A DNA stretch of 50,538 nt from Rhodanobacteraceae bacterium (GTDB lineage: Bacteria; Pseudomonadota; Gammaproteobacteria; Xanthomonadales; Rhodanobacteraceae): positions 1-50,538 of the forward strand of contig JAICHS010000001.1 of the NCBI GenBank assembly GCA_025924775.1, written 5' to 3'. Made by a program: the position numbers and the translations under genes. Under the pieces are notes generated by a model. The model made no database searches. It worked only from the letters and a program-made list of their open reading frames with translations, and was not told the origin of the DNA. Of this stretch, positions 37,115-45,811 are shown in pieces (the stretch's first letter is position 1; every line of letters begins with the position of its first letter).

Positions 37115-37714
37115 TCAGGCTTCGCGCTGGCGCGGCGACGCCGCGGTGGCGCCCGGCAAGCGTGACACGAACTCGCCACGCAGGCGCTGCCATTCCATTT
37201 TCAGCCAGGGCGTGAAGCGCTCGGGCGTGTCGGCGATCTCGCGATCCAGTGCTGCGGGTTTGACGTAGCGCCATGCGGCGATTTCGGTGGGGTTGACGTG
37301 CACGGGCGCATCGGACCGGCCGACGTACACCCAGCACAGTTCGGTTTCCGAACCCGCGTCGCCGAACTCGGCGTGGTACTGGAACTTGTAGATGAACTCG
37401 AGTGGGCAGGCGAAACCCAGCTCTTCGCTCAGGCGCCGCTGCGTCGCAGTGTCCATGTCTTCGCCGCCGCGCGGGTGGCTGCAGCAACTGTTGGCCCAGT
37501 AACCGGGCCACAACGGCTTGCCGGGCGCGCGTTGCTGCAGCAGCAATTCGCCCGCCGGATTGAATACGAACAGCGAAAACGCGCGGTGCAGGATGCCGCG
37601 GCCCGCGTGTGCGTCGGCCTTGGAGGCGTGGCCAACCTCGCGGTCGTCCGCATCCACCAGGATCAATCGCTCGGAGTCGAACGAGACGACACGGTTGTCT
37701 TGTTGCTCAGCCAA
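37115..37714 (-). CDS. idi: Isopentenyl-diphosphate delta-isomerase, type 1 (Nudix)
   Basis: 199 aa. LHRAFSLFVFNPAGELLLQQRAPGKPLWPGYWANSCCSHP ... SETELCWVY aligns with E. coli Idi. The start is TTG 37714 (GGAGA RBS 6 nt upstream), overlapping the upstream stop by 8 nt. There is no ATG alternative; internal TTG and GTG starts are possible. Confidence 0.85.
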   Translation of the reverse strand: MAEQQDNRVVSFDSERLILVDADDREVGHASKADAHAGRGILHRAFSLFVFNPAGELLLQQRAPGKPLWPGYWANSCCSHPRGGEDMDTATQRRLSEELGFACPLEFIYKFQYHAEFGDAGSETELCWVYVGRSDAPVHVNPTEIAAWRYVKPAALDREIADTPERFTPWLKMEWQRLRGEFVSRLPGATAASPRQREA

Positions 37715-39965
37715 TGCTGGTCTCCATCGCCTGATAACCCGCCTGCTGCAACGCGCGCGCGACGCGGCCCGGATCGTCCGGGCACAGCGCGATCATCGCG
37801 CCGCCGCCACCACCGCCGGTGAGCTTGGCGCCCACCGCGCCGTTGGCGCGCGCGACCTGGATCATTTCTTCCAATTCCCAACTGGATACCTGCAAGGCGT
37901 TCAACTGGCCCTGGCAAATATTCATCAACTCGCCGAACTGTACGAGGTCCCAGGCATCCAGTGCCTTGATGCCTTGCATCGCCAGCGAATCGATTTCGTC
38001 GAAGATGCGTTCGTACAGCGCCTTGTTGCGCTGCCACGCCTCGCGCACGCGCCGCACGGTGCGTGCGGTCAGGCTTTCCACGCCGGACAGGCCGATCACC
38101 ATCGGCAGCGGTTTGACGAAGTGCAGCGGTTCGACCACCGGCGGTTCACCGCGCTGGAACAGCAGCGGCTGGCCGTACGTGGCCACCGTGTTGTCGATGC
38201 CCGAAGGCGTGCCGTGCGCAACGCGCTCGCACTCGTAGGCCAACGCACATACCTGCTGGTCGGTCAGGCCGAGCTCGCAGTGCCGGTCCAGCGCGCGGAT
38301 CACCGCGACCGCCAGCGCCGCCGAACCGCCAAGGCCATTGGCACGCGGCAGGCTGGGGTACACTTGGATGCGCAACGGGCGATCGCTGAGATCAAGCTTG
38401 GCCAGGATCAGTTCCAGCGATTGCAGGAACGAACCCGGATGCTTGGTGCCCGGATGCAGGCGTGATTCGACGCCCCAGCGCGGGATGATGAGTTGGGTTC
38501 CGTCCTTCGATTCCTCGGCGCGCGCGCGGATTGCCATCGGCACCGGCACCGCGAGCGCGTGGCGGCCGTACACCACGGCGTGCTCGCCCAAAAGGATCGC
38601 CTTGCCGTAACCGGTGGCGTATTCGGCTTCGTCCAGCGGCTCGAAACCCTGGGCCACCGTCTTGGCTTCCGGCTGCACCTGGGTGCGCACCTCGGCGATG
38701 ATTTCCTTGGCCTTCCACACCTTGATTTCGCCCGAATCCAGCAGGCGTTCAACTACGGTGTCAAAGATTTCCGGCGTGGCGCCCGCGCTGACCGCGACCG
38801 AACGCGCGTGCAGCGTCATGTGGCCCTGCTGGATACCGTCGGTGACCAGTGCGCGCAGCGCCGAGAAGTTCTGCGCCAGCCCCACCGCGCCCATGATCTC
38901 GGCCAATTCACGGGCGGAGGCCACGTGCAGCAGGCGCAGGTTCAACGCGACGGTGGCGTTGGATTGCAGGTTGCCCCCGACGGTGCCGACCTTCATCGGC
39001 ATTTCGATGTTGCCGACCAGATTGCCGGCGTCGTCCTTGTACCAGCGCGTCAGCGAGCTGTAGTGCGCGCCACGCGCGGCGTAGGCGTGCGCGGCGGCTT
39101 CCAGTGCACGCCAGTCGTTGCCGGTTGCCAGCGCCACCGCATCCACGCCGTTCATGATGCCCTTGTTGTGGGTGGCGGCGCGGTAGGGGTCGCACACCGC
39201 AAGGTCGTTGGCCAGGATGATGCCGTCGCGCACCTGCTCGCCGTCGTAGCCCTTGCCCGCCAGCAGCGCGGTCGGGATCACGGCCTTGGCCCACACCAGC
39301 GCGCGGTCGGTGAGGTTGGAAAGGATCCGCAGGAACACCTTGCCGCCGGTGATGCCTTCCACCAGCGGCGCGACGCCTTCGCACATGGTGTTGACCATGT
39401 TGGCGCCCATCGCGTCGCAGGTGTTCACCAGCAGGTGCAGCACGACCATGTCGCGGCGCCCGTCCGCGGCCGGGTGGATGCGCACCTCGATGTCCTTGGC
39501 GCCGCCACCGCGGGCCACCATCTTGGGGTGCAGGCTGTTGGCGAGGTTCAGGATCTCCTGCTTGCGTTGCAGCAACGCGGCCTGCGCGGTCGCCGAGTTG
39601 TCGATGTCGACGATCTGCACCTGGCCGATCAGGATCGGGTCGGTGCTGCGCGTGGTGAAGCCACCGGCTGCGCGCACCAGCTTCGCGGCGGACGAAAGTG
39701 CCGCGACGATCGAAGGTTCCTCGACCACCAGCGGCACCACGCGGTCCGCCCCGTTGATCGAAAAGTTGAGGCCAAGCCCCAGCGGCAGGCCCATCACGCC
39801 GATCACGTTTTCGATCATCTTGTCGGCGCGCGCGACGGTGAGCGTATGCGCGCCGCTGGACAGGGTCTGGAAATCCTCGCGTGAAAGCATCCCGCGCTCG
39901 CGCACGAGGTTCACGCGTTCGGACACCGACAACTTGTAGAAACCCGGAAATCTCGACTGATCCAT
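37707..39965 (-). CDS. Fusion protein: class II HMG-CoA reductase (aa 1 to ~427) + mevalonate kinase (aa ~449 to 752)
   Basis: 752 aa, one uninterrupted frame, ATG 39965. HMGR part: KMIENVIGVMGLPLGLGLNFSINGADRVVPLVVEEPSIVAA, CDAMGANMVNTM, ATHNKGIMNG and GTVGG (compare Pseudomonas mevalonii MvaA). The linker is about aa 428-448 (QVQPEAKTVAQGFEPLDEAEY). MVK part (GHMP): GYGKAILLGEHAVVYG, LPRANGLGGSAALAVAVIRAL, HGTPSGIDN and GAKLTGGGGGGAMIAL. Confidence 0.85.
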   Translation of the reverse strand: MDQSRFPGFYKLSVSERVNLVRERGMLSREDFQTLSSGAHTLTVARADKMIENVIGVMGLPLGLGLNFSINGADRVVPLVVEEPSIVAALSSAAKLVRAAGGFTTRSTDPILIGQVQIVDIDNSATAQAALLQRKQEILNLANSLHPKMVARGGGAKDIEVRIHPAADGRRDMVVLHLLVNTCDAMGANMVNTMCEGVAPLVEGITGGKVFLRILSNLTDRALVWAKAVIPTALLAGKGYDGEQVRDGIILANDLAVCDPYRAATHNKGIMNGVDAVALATGNDWRALEAAAHAYAARGAHYSSLTRWYKDDAGNLVGNIEMPMKVGTVGGNLQSNATVALNLRLLHVASARELAEIMGAVGLAQNFSALRALVTDGIQQGHMTLHARSVAVSAGATPEIFDTVVERLLDSGEIKVWKAKEIIAEVRTQVQPEAKTVAQGFEPLDEAEYATGYGKAILLGEHAVVYGRHALAVPVPMAIRARAEESKDGTQLIIPRWGVESRLHPGTKHPGSFLQSLELILAKLDLSDRPLRIQVYPSLPRANGLGGSAALAVAVIRALDRHCELGLTDQQVCALAYECERVAHGTPSGIDNTVATYGQPLLFQRGEPPVVEPLHFVKPLPMVIGLSGVESLTARTVRRVREAWQRNKALYERIFDEIDSLAMQGIKALDAWDLVQFGELMNICQGQLNALQVSSWELEEMIQVARANGAVGAKLTGGGGGGAMIALCPDDPGRVARALQQAGYQAMETSIG

Positions 39966-39983
39966 TTGTGTTCCCTGGAAGCC

Positions 39984-41009
39984 TCAAGCAACTGATGCAA
40001 CCGCCAGACCCGCGGGGTCCGTTGACAAATCGATCACGGGAAAACCCGCGCGCGACGCGCGCCTGGCAAACTCCCGCAACCGCCCATCTTCCACGCCCAA
40101 CGTGATGCCGACGTCACCGTTGCCCGCGCCGCAGCTTTTGTAGACGCAACCGCAATCCGCGGCGATCGCCGCGATGGCCCGATGCTCACGGCTGGCGATA
40201 TCCACGCCCGCGGACTCGCCGAAGCGGGCCAGGGCATCCGCGTAAGCATGGAAGCTGGACAGGAAGGCAGCGGCATCGCTGGCGGCCAAGGCGTTGATAC
40301 CGCGTGACGAAATTGTAGCGAGTTCGTGCATCCCTTGTGCGTAACCGGCAGGCTCACGTTCGCGCCAAGCCGCGACCGCGGCCAGCATCGCGCCGGTCGA
40401 GGCGGGCCTGCCGCTGTACACGCAGCGCCAGTGCAGGCCGGACGGCCACGCGAGCGGCGCGACATGCGCGGCATCGCCTTCCAGCTGGAAGCGCGACAGG
40501 CCACCGACAAGCGACGCCGCGATGTCGATACCGCTGCCGCGGCCGTGCTGGATGCCGCGATGGGCGGCGATGGCGGTGTCGAGAGAAACCGGCGGTCGGT
40601 TTGCGCGTGCGTGCAAGGCGCCCAGCAACGCGACCGTCAGGGCGGCGCTGGAGCCCAGGCCCAGCTTGGCGCGGGCACCCGCGTGTTCGAAGTAGAACGC
40701 ATTGCTTTCGAGTTCGACGCGGCAGGGCGGCAGGGCTTCGCCACGCCCGAACTCGCCCAGCAGTTGGGCAACCCATGCGAGTTCGCCCGGTACCCCCTCG
40801 CGCCGGGCGTCGACGTCACCGCGCGCTGGCAGGCACGCCGCAAGTTCGAGCGTGGGCGAGACGATTTCCCAGTCCCCGCCGACGCTGTCGGCAAGCCGCA
40901 CGTGCGCGCGGCGGTTCACCGCCAGCACCAGCGCAGGCGCGCCTTCCAGCACCGCGTATTCGCCCAGCAGCACCAGCTTGCCGGGTGCGCTGGCCGTGAT
41001 GCGCGTCAA
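39984..41009 (-). CDS. Phosphomevalonate kinase (GHMP, ERG8/MvaK2 type)
   Basis: The track ORF 39984..41477 overlaps mvaD for 470 nt, so I trimmed it to TTG 41009, which overlaps the mvaD stop (TTGA). (M)TRITASAPGKLVLLGEYAVLEGAPALVLAVN is the PMK N-terminal signature. The GHMP motif is GLGSSAALTVALLGAL. 341 aa. The non-ATG start is inferred. Confidence 0.7.
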   Translation of the reverse strand: MTRITASAPGKLVLLGEYAVLEGAPALVLAVNRRAHVRLADSVGGDWEIVSPTLELAACLPARGDVDARREGVPGELAWVAQLLGEFGRGEALPPCRVELESNAFYFEHAGARAKLGLGSSAALTVALLGALHARANRPPVSLDTAIAAHRGIQHGRGSGIDIAASLVGGLSRFQLEGDAAHVAPLAWPSGLHWRCVYSGRPASTGAMLAAVAAWREREPAGYAQGMHELATISSRGINALAASDAAAFLSSFHAYADALARFGESAGVDIASREHRAIAAIAADCGCVYKSCGAGNGDVGITLGVEDGRLREFARRASRAGFPVIDLSTDPAGLAVASVA

Positions 41010-42037
41010 GCGTCGGCCTCGACCACGCGCGCGCCCGCGCCGAGTCCGCTCGGCAACACGTCCTCGACGCCCGCGACGCCGCGCAATGCCTCGACCACGC
41101 GCGCGGCGTGGTCCGGCAGGCACACCGCCTTCACCTGCGGCCCCGCGTCGATGGTGAAGAACACCCCCGTGCCGCCGCGCTGCAACTCGCGAATGCACTG
41201 GATGCACCCGACGGTCGCGGCGTTCCAGTAGATGAGGCCGGGTCGCGCGGACAGCATCACCGCGTGCATCGCAAGGCAACTGGCTTCGCCGGTGCGCGCA
41301 AGGCTCTCGAAATCGCGCGAGCGCACCGCGGCGCGGGCGGCGGCGAGGTCGGCAGGCACGGCCGCGATCCAGTCGCGGTAGTAAGGCGAGGTCTGCCGGG
41401 TACGGTCCATGCCGGCGCGCGAGCTGACGGTCTTCTTTTCGCGCGCGGTGATTGCGATCACGACTTCCAGTGGCCACGCCGCGGCTTCCAGCAGCGGCGT
41501 CGCGAAGGCGTCTTCGCCGTCGTCGCGCGTGCCCGCGGCCATTTCCACGAAGCCGCCGAAGATTGAACGCGCGGCCGAGCCGGAACCGCGTCGTGCGAGG
41601 ATCGACAATTCCCGTTGGTCCAGGTTCAACCCCAGGGCGTGGTCCACCGCGATCGCCAGCGCCGCGAAACCGGACGCCGACGATGCCAGTCCCGCGCCGG
41701 TGGGAAAGTCATTGCCGGATTCGATGTGCGCGCGCGTCGTGATGCCCGCGCGTGCGCGGAACAGGTCAAGAAACGCGCCGAGCTTGCGGCTTTGCGTGGC
41801 GTCGTGCCGGCCATTCAACGCGATGTCGTCAGCGGTGAGTGTGTCGTCAAAGCGCACGTGCGTGCGGGTGTGCAGCGCATCCAGCGTGATCGACAACGAA
41901 CCCGCCGCCGGCAGGTTCAAGGCATCGTCGCGCTTGCCCCAGTACTTGACCAGCGCGATGTTGGGTTGGGCTGTCGCAGTGGCGTGCCGGATTGGCGTAG
42001 TCATCCGTCGTAATTCGTCTTCAGTCACAGGGTACAT
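41006..42037 (-). CDS. mvaD: Diphosphomevalonate decarboxylase
   Basis: 343 aa. ATAQPNIALVKYWGKRDDALNLPAAGSLSITL, NDFPTGAGLASSASGFAALA, RRGSGSAARSIFGGF and FFTIDAGPQV are present. The start may be ATG 42037 or ATG 42004. Confidence 0.85.
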   Translation of the reverse strand: MYPVTEDELRRMTTPIRHATATAQPNIALVKYWGKRDDALNLPAAGSLSITLDALHTRTHVRFDDTLTADDIALNGRHDATQSRKLGAFLDLFRARAGITTRAHIESGNDFPTGAGLASSASGFAALAIAVDHALGLNLDQRELSILARRGSGSAARSIFGGFVEMAAGTRDDGEDAFATPLLEAAAWPLEVVIAITAREKKTVSSRAGMDRTRQTSPYYRDWIAAVPADLAAARAAVRSRDFESLARTGEASCLAMHAVMLSARPGLIYWNAATVGCIQCIRELQRGGTGVFFTIDAGPQVKAVCLPDHAARVVEALRGVAGVEDVLPSGLGAGARVVEADA

Positions 42038-42050
42038 TTTTCTCTTCGTT

Positions 42051-42087
42051 ATTCCGGGGCTGCCCGCCTGCGGGCAGAACCCGGAAT
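42051..42087 (-). other. Strong intercistronic stem-loop between hpnA and mvaD
   Basis: attccgggg-ctgcccg-cctg-cgggcag-aa-cccggaat: 8 + 7 bp with a small internal loop and a 4-nt loop. It ends 14 nt before the mvaD ATG (42037). No U-run on the minus strand. Confidence 0.5.
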
Positions 42088-42186
42088 CCAGTTTCTCAAT
42101 GCGAAGAACCGATTCCGGGTTCCAGCGCCGATGGAGCGGCGATGGCCTCGGAATGACGATGGAAAATCATCGAATCTGGACCAAGA

Positions 42187-43179
42187 TCAGCGGAGGTATC
42201 CATTGTCCCGGAACCATTGTATTGCGTCGGCCAGTGCCTCCCGCGCCGGGCGCGCGTACCAGCCGAGTTCGGTTTCAGCCTGCCGGCTTGAAAAATACAT
42301 CCGGTGCCGCGACAGCTTCACGCCGGCGACGCTGATGGTCGGCGGATTGCCGCTTATGCGTGCCCACGCCTCGGCCACGTGGGCAATCGGCAACACCGCG
42401 GCATGCGGCAGCTTGAGCCAGGGCCCGTGGCGGTGGGTGAGTTCGGCAATCGTTTGCAGGATGGCGCGCAGGCTGAGGTTTTCGCCCCCCAGCACGTAAC
42501 GGCGGCCGCGCTGCCCGCGCTGGTATGCCAGCACGTGGCCTTCGGCGACGTCGTCCACGTGCACGATGCACAGGCCGGTGTCGACATAGGCCGGCATGCG
42601 CCCGCGCGCGGCGTCGAGGATGGTGCGCCCGGTCGGCGTGGGCTTGCGGTCGCGCGGGCCGACGGGCGCCGCCGGGTTCACGATCACGATGTCGCTGCCG
42701 GCACGCGCGCATCGGCGAACCAGCGCCTCGGACAGGAACTTGGAACGCTTGTAGGCGCCGACCATGTCGGCCAGGCGTGCCGGCGTGGCCTCGTCGGCGG
42801 GCGTGCCATCGTGGTTGAATCCCAGCGTCGCCACGCTGGACGTGTGCACGATGCGGGCCACGCTGGAGCGTCGTGCCGCCGCCAGGATGTTGTGGGTGCC
42901 GCGCACATTGGCGCGGTAAATCGCGTGCGGGTCGCGCGCCCACAGCCGGTAATCGGCGGCGACGTGGAACAGGCCGGTACAGCCTTGCAGCGCGCGCTCC
43001 AGCGAGGGCGGATCCAGCAGGTCGCCACGGGCGGTCTCGATGGCCAAGCCGTCGAGGCTGGTGGTATCGCTGCCGGCCCGCACCAATGCACGCACCGGAT
43101 AGCCGTGGCGCAACAGCGCGCGCACCACCGCCGAGCCCACGAATCCGTTGGCGCCACTGACCAGGATGCGCCCGCTCAT
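42187..43179 (-). CDS. hpnA: Hopanoid-associated NAD-dependent sugar epimerase/dehydratase-like protein HpnA
   Basis: The track ORF 42187..43794 overlaps hpnG, so I trimmed it to ATG 43179 (ATGA overlap with the hpnG stop). MSGRILVSGANGFVGSAVVRALLRHGYPVRALVR is the Rossmann GxxGxxG. FHVAADYRLW and YKRSKFLSE (YxxxK) are present. 330 aa. Confidence 0.8.
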   Translation of the reverse strand: MSGRILVSGANGFVGSAVVRALLRHGYPVRALVRAGSDTTSLDGLAIETARGDLLDPPSLERALQGCTGLFHVAADYRLWARDPHAIYRANVRGTHNILAAARRSSVARIVHTSSVATLGFNHDGTPADEATPARLADMVGAYKRSKFLSEALVRRCARAGSDIVIVNPAAPVGPRDRKPTPTGRTILDAARGRMPAYVDTGLCIVHVDDVAEGHVLAYQRGQRGRRYVLGGENLSLRAILQTIAELTHRHGPWLKLPHAAVLPIAHVAEAWARISGNPPTISVAGVKLSRHRMYFSSRQAETELGWYARPAREALADAIQWFRDNGYLR

Positions 43180-43892
43180 GCGGCCAGCGACGCGGCGGTC
43201 GCCAGCGTGCGCCGGGCGTGCGCGAAATCCCGCGCCAGCGCGCGTGCCGCGCGCCAAGTCGTGGGGCCGCCCAGGGCGATCGCCGCGAGCATACGCAGCG
43301 AAAACCCGCCATCGGCGCCGTCCAGGGCGTGCACGATGCTCGCGGGCAGTTCGCGCGCCAGCGGGTCGCAAATCGCCTTGACGGCCACGAACGGCAGCTT
43401 GGCGCGCAGCGCGACTGCCGCGATCGGCGCGGCTTCCATGTCCACCGCGACGGCACCGCTGTGCGTGGCCAGTGCCTGTTTCTCGGCCGCTGAGGCCACC
43501 GGTTGCGGGGTCGACCACAGCGCGCCGCGGTGTACCCGCAGGCTGCCGGACAGCGCGGCGGCCAGCTGCTCGCTTGCCAGCGCGTCGGTGGCGAACCCGG
43601 GGTCGTCGTGTGCGTAGCGGATGTGGTCGGGAATCAGCACGTCGCCAGGCGCAAACCCGGCATCCAGCGCACCAGCCACGCCCCAGTTCGCCAACCGGGT
43701 GACGCCGCAGGTCAGCAGGCGTTCGGCGGCGCGCATCGCGTTGTGCGGGCCAATGCCCGACACCGCGATCCAGCCGCGGTGCCAGCGCTTGCACTCGCCG
43801 GGGTGCAGGCCGTACACACCGAGGCTGTGCGCTTCCGCCGGAAGCGCCACCACCAAGCCCGTGCCCTCAGTGAAACTGCCCGGTGTGGACAT
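43176..43892 (-). CDS. hpnG: Hopanoid-associated phosphorylase/nucleosidase HpnG (PNP_UDP fold)
   Basis: 238 aa. GLVVALPAEAHSL, IAVSGIGPHNA, LANWGVAGAL, GDVLIPD, AVAVDMEAAPIA and AVKAICD are present. ATG 43892 would overlap shc by 26 nt. An alternative is TTG 43856, preceded by GAGGG. Confidence 0.75.
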   Translation of the reverse strand: MSTPGSFTEGTGLVVALPAEAHSLGVYGLHPGECKRWHRGWIAVSGIGPHNAMRAAERLLTCGVTRLANWGVAGALDAGFAPGDVLIPDHIRYAHDDPGFATDALASEQLAAALSGSLRVHRGALWSTPQPVASAAEKQALATHSGAVAVDMEAAPIAAVALRAKLPFVAVKAICDPLARELPASIVHALDGADGGFSLRMLAAIALGGPTTWRAARALARDFAHARRTLATAASLAA

Positions 43893-45807
43893 TGTGGAAG
43901 CGCACCAGCGCCCAGTAGGGAAAGTAACGGTTGTAGCCGTGGTATTTCAGGTAGAACACGCGCGGAAAACCCGGCGCGTTGAAACGCGAGTCGTGCCATT
44001 CGCCATCGACCTGCGTCTTCAGCAGGTATTCGATGCCACGCGCCACCGCGTGGCTGTCGGCCTCGCCGGCTTCCAGCAGCGCCAGCAGCGCCCACGCCGT
44101 CTGCGCCGGGCCACTGTGGGCGCCGCGTCCGCGCAGGTTTGGATCAAGGTAGCTGTCGTTGCCTTCGCCCCAGCCGCCGTCGGCCTGCTGCACCGATTCC
44201 AGCCAGGCCACCGCGCGGCGGACCGCGGGGGCATCGACGGCCATGCCGGCCCCGCGCAGCGCGACCAGTACCGACCACGTGCCGTACAGGTAATTGGTGC
44301 CCCAGCGGCCAAACCACGCGCCTTCGCCGGTTTGATCATCCAGCAGGAACTGCAGCACGCGCTGGCGCGCCTTGCGGTCCTGCGCGCGGTCGAGCATCGA
44401 CAACAGTGTCAACACGCGCCCGCTGACGTCGCTGGTGGGCGGATCCAGCAACGCGCCGTGGTCGGCGAACGGAATCTGGTTGAGCCACTGGTGGTTGTTG
44501 TCGGCGTCGAAGGCCGCGAAACCGCCGTTCTTCGATTGCATCCCGCACAACCAGTCGGCGGCGCGCGTGATGGCCTCGGCATGCTGCGCACGCTCGGGGG
44601 ATTGCTGCAGCGCGCGGGCGACCACCGCGGTGTCGTCGAGGTCGGGATACGCATCATTCCTGAACTGGAACGCCCAACCGCCACCGGCAAGCTGCGGGCG
44701 ATAGGCGCGCCAGTCACCCGGTTCATCGCGCAGCTGGCGTGCCACCAGCCACGCCAGCGCGCGGCGGGTGGCGCCCGCGGGCGCGGCGGGGTCCTCCTGC
44801 AGCGCGAGGCAGGCCAGGCCGGTATCCCACACCGGGGATACGCAGGGCTGGCACCATGCCGCGTGGTCGTGCACCACCAGCAGGTCGTCGATGGCCTTGC
44901 GGGTTTCGCGGCGTGCCGGGTGGTCGGCCGGCAGCCCCAGCAGTGCCAGGGCCTCGTAGGCGTTGACCATCGCGGGAAAGATCGCGCCCAGGCCGCCATC
45001 GCCGTTGCGGCGCGCGAGGATCCACGCCTTGGCGCGCTGCAGCGCATACGCACGCACGCGGCGCGGGATCAGGCCATCCAGGCGCCGCATGCCTGCCTCG
45101 CACAGGCACAGCGCGCGGTTCAGCAGCGAGCGCGGGCGGAAGTAATGTCGTTCCTGCCGCGGCGGCGTGGTGAACAGTTCCGCGACGTGCAGGCCGAGCG
45201 GGTTGGCGGCGCGCGGTTTCAGTGTCGTCAGCACCGACAACGGCACCATCACCGTGCGCGACCAGTACGACACCTTGCTGAGGTTGAAGGGGAACCAGCG
45301 CGGCAGCAGCACGATCTCGACCGGCAGGAACGGCACGCCGCGCCACGGCACGTCACCGAACAGGGCCAGCGTGATGCGGGTGAACACGTTGCTGCGCGCC
45401 GCGCCACCGCGCGCAAGGATGGCCGCACGGGCATGCAGCATGTGCGGCGCGTCGGCACGGTCGCCGGCCAGTTTCAGCGCGAAATAGCACTTCACGCTGC
45501 AACTGATGTCCAGCGCGCCGCCCGGGTACAGCGGCCAGCCGCCGTTGCGGCACTGGCGTTCGCGCAGGTACTCGGCGAGGCGCGATTCCAGCAGGCGGTC
45601 GGATTCACCGAGGTAGTGCAGCATCAGGATGTATTCGGCCGGGATCGTGCAGTCGGCTTCCAGTGGATACTGCCAATAGCCGTCCGCGTGCTGGTGTGCA
45701 AGGATGCGCGCGCGCGCCGCGGCGATGGCCGCGCCCAGGCGGTCGGTCGCGGCGGTCTGGCCCGGAACCGTGGTGCCTGTTTGCGGCATGCTGGAGTCGG
45801 GGGGCAT
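43867..45807 (-). CDS. shc: Squalene-hopene cyclase
   Basis: ORF 43867..45843; I prefer ATG 45807, which lies 4 nt after the sqs stop, with 45843 as the alternative. Catalytic YPDLDDTAVVARAL (DxDDTA). Repeated QW motifs (QCRNGGW, RRNGDGG, MQSKNGGF, QTGEGAWFGRWG, QQADGGWGE). GWAFQFRN. Confidence 0.9.
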   Translation of the reverse strand: MPPDSSMPQTGTTVPGQTAATDRLGAAIAAARARILAHQHADGYWQYPLEADCTIPAEYILMLHYLGESDRLLESRLAEYLRERQCRNGGWPLYPGGALDISCSVKCYFALKLAGDRADAPHMLHARAAILARGGAARSNVFTRITLALFGDVPWRGVPFLPVEIVLLPRWFPFNLSKVSYWSRTVMVPLSVLTTLKPRAANPLGLHVAELFTTPPRQERHYFRPRSLLNRALCLCEAGMRRLDGLIPRRVRAYALQRAKAWILARRNGDGGLGAIFPAMVNAYEALALLGLPADHPARRETRKAIDDLLVVHDHAAWCQPCVSPVWDTGLACLALQEDPAAPAGATRRALAWLVARQLRDEPGDWRAYRPQLAGGGWAFQFRNDAYPDLDDTAVVARALQQSPERAQHAEAITRAADWLCGMQSKNGGFAAFDADNNHQWLNQIPFADHGALLDPPTSDVSGRVLTLLSMLDRAQDRKARQRVLQFLLDDQTGEGAWFGRWGTNYLYGTWSVLVALRGAGMAVDAPAVRRAVAWLESVQQADGGWGEGNDSYLDPNLRGRGAHSGPAQTAWALLALLEAGEADSHAVARGIEYLLKTQVDGEWHDSRFNAPGFPRVFYLKYHGYNRYFPYWALVRFHNVHTGQFH

Positions 45808-45811
45808 GGCC

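Noticed and set aside
35320-37179. 619-aa minus-strand ORF
   Set aside because: It is antisense to the PQQ-dependent dehydrogenase lipoprotein, whose lipobox and propeller motifs are clear. I rejected it as a shadow ORF.
41010-41477. N-terminal 156-codon extension of the phosphomevalonate kinase ORF (39984..41477)
   Set aside because: It would overlap diphosphomevalonate decarboxylase by about 470 nt, and the translation is Arg/Gly-rich. The PMK signature (APGKLVLLGEYAV) begins right after a TTG that overlaps the mvaD stop. I trimmed the gene there.
42187-43794. 535-aa ORF treated as one gene covering hpnA and most of hpnG
   Set aside because: The upstream 205 codons are out of frame with, and overlap, the PNP_UDP-type hpnG. 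The Rossmann N-terminus (MSGRILVSGANGFVG) starts at ATG 43179, with an ATGA junction to hpnG.
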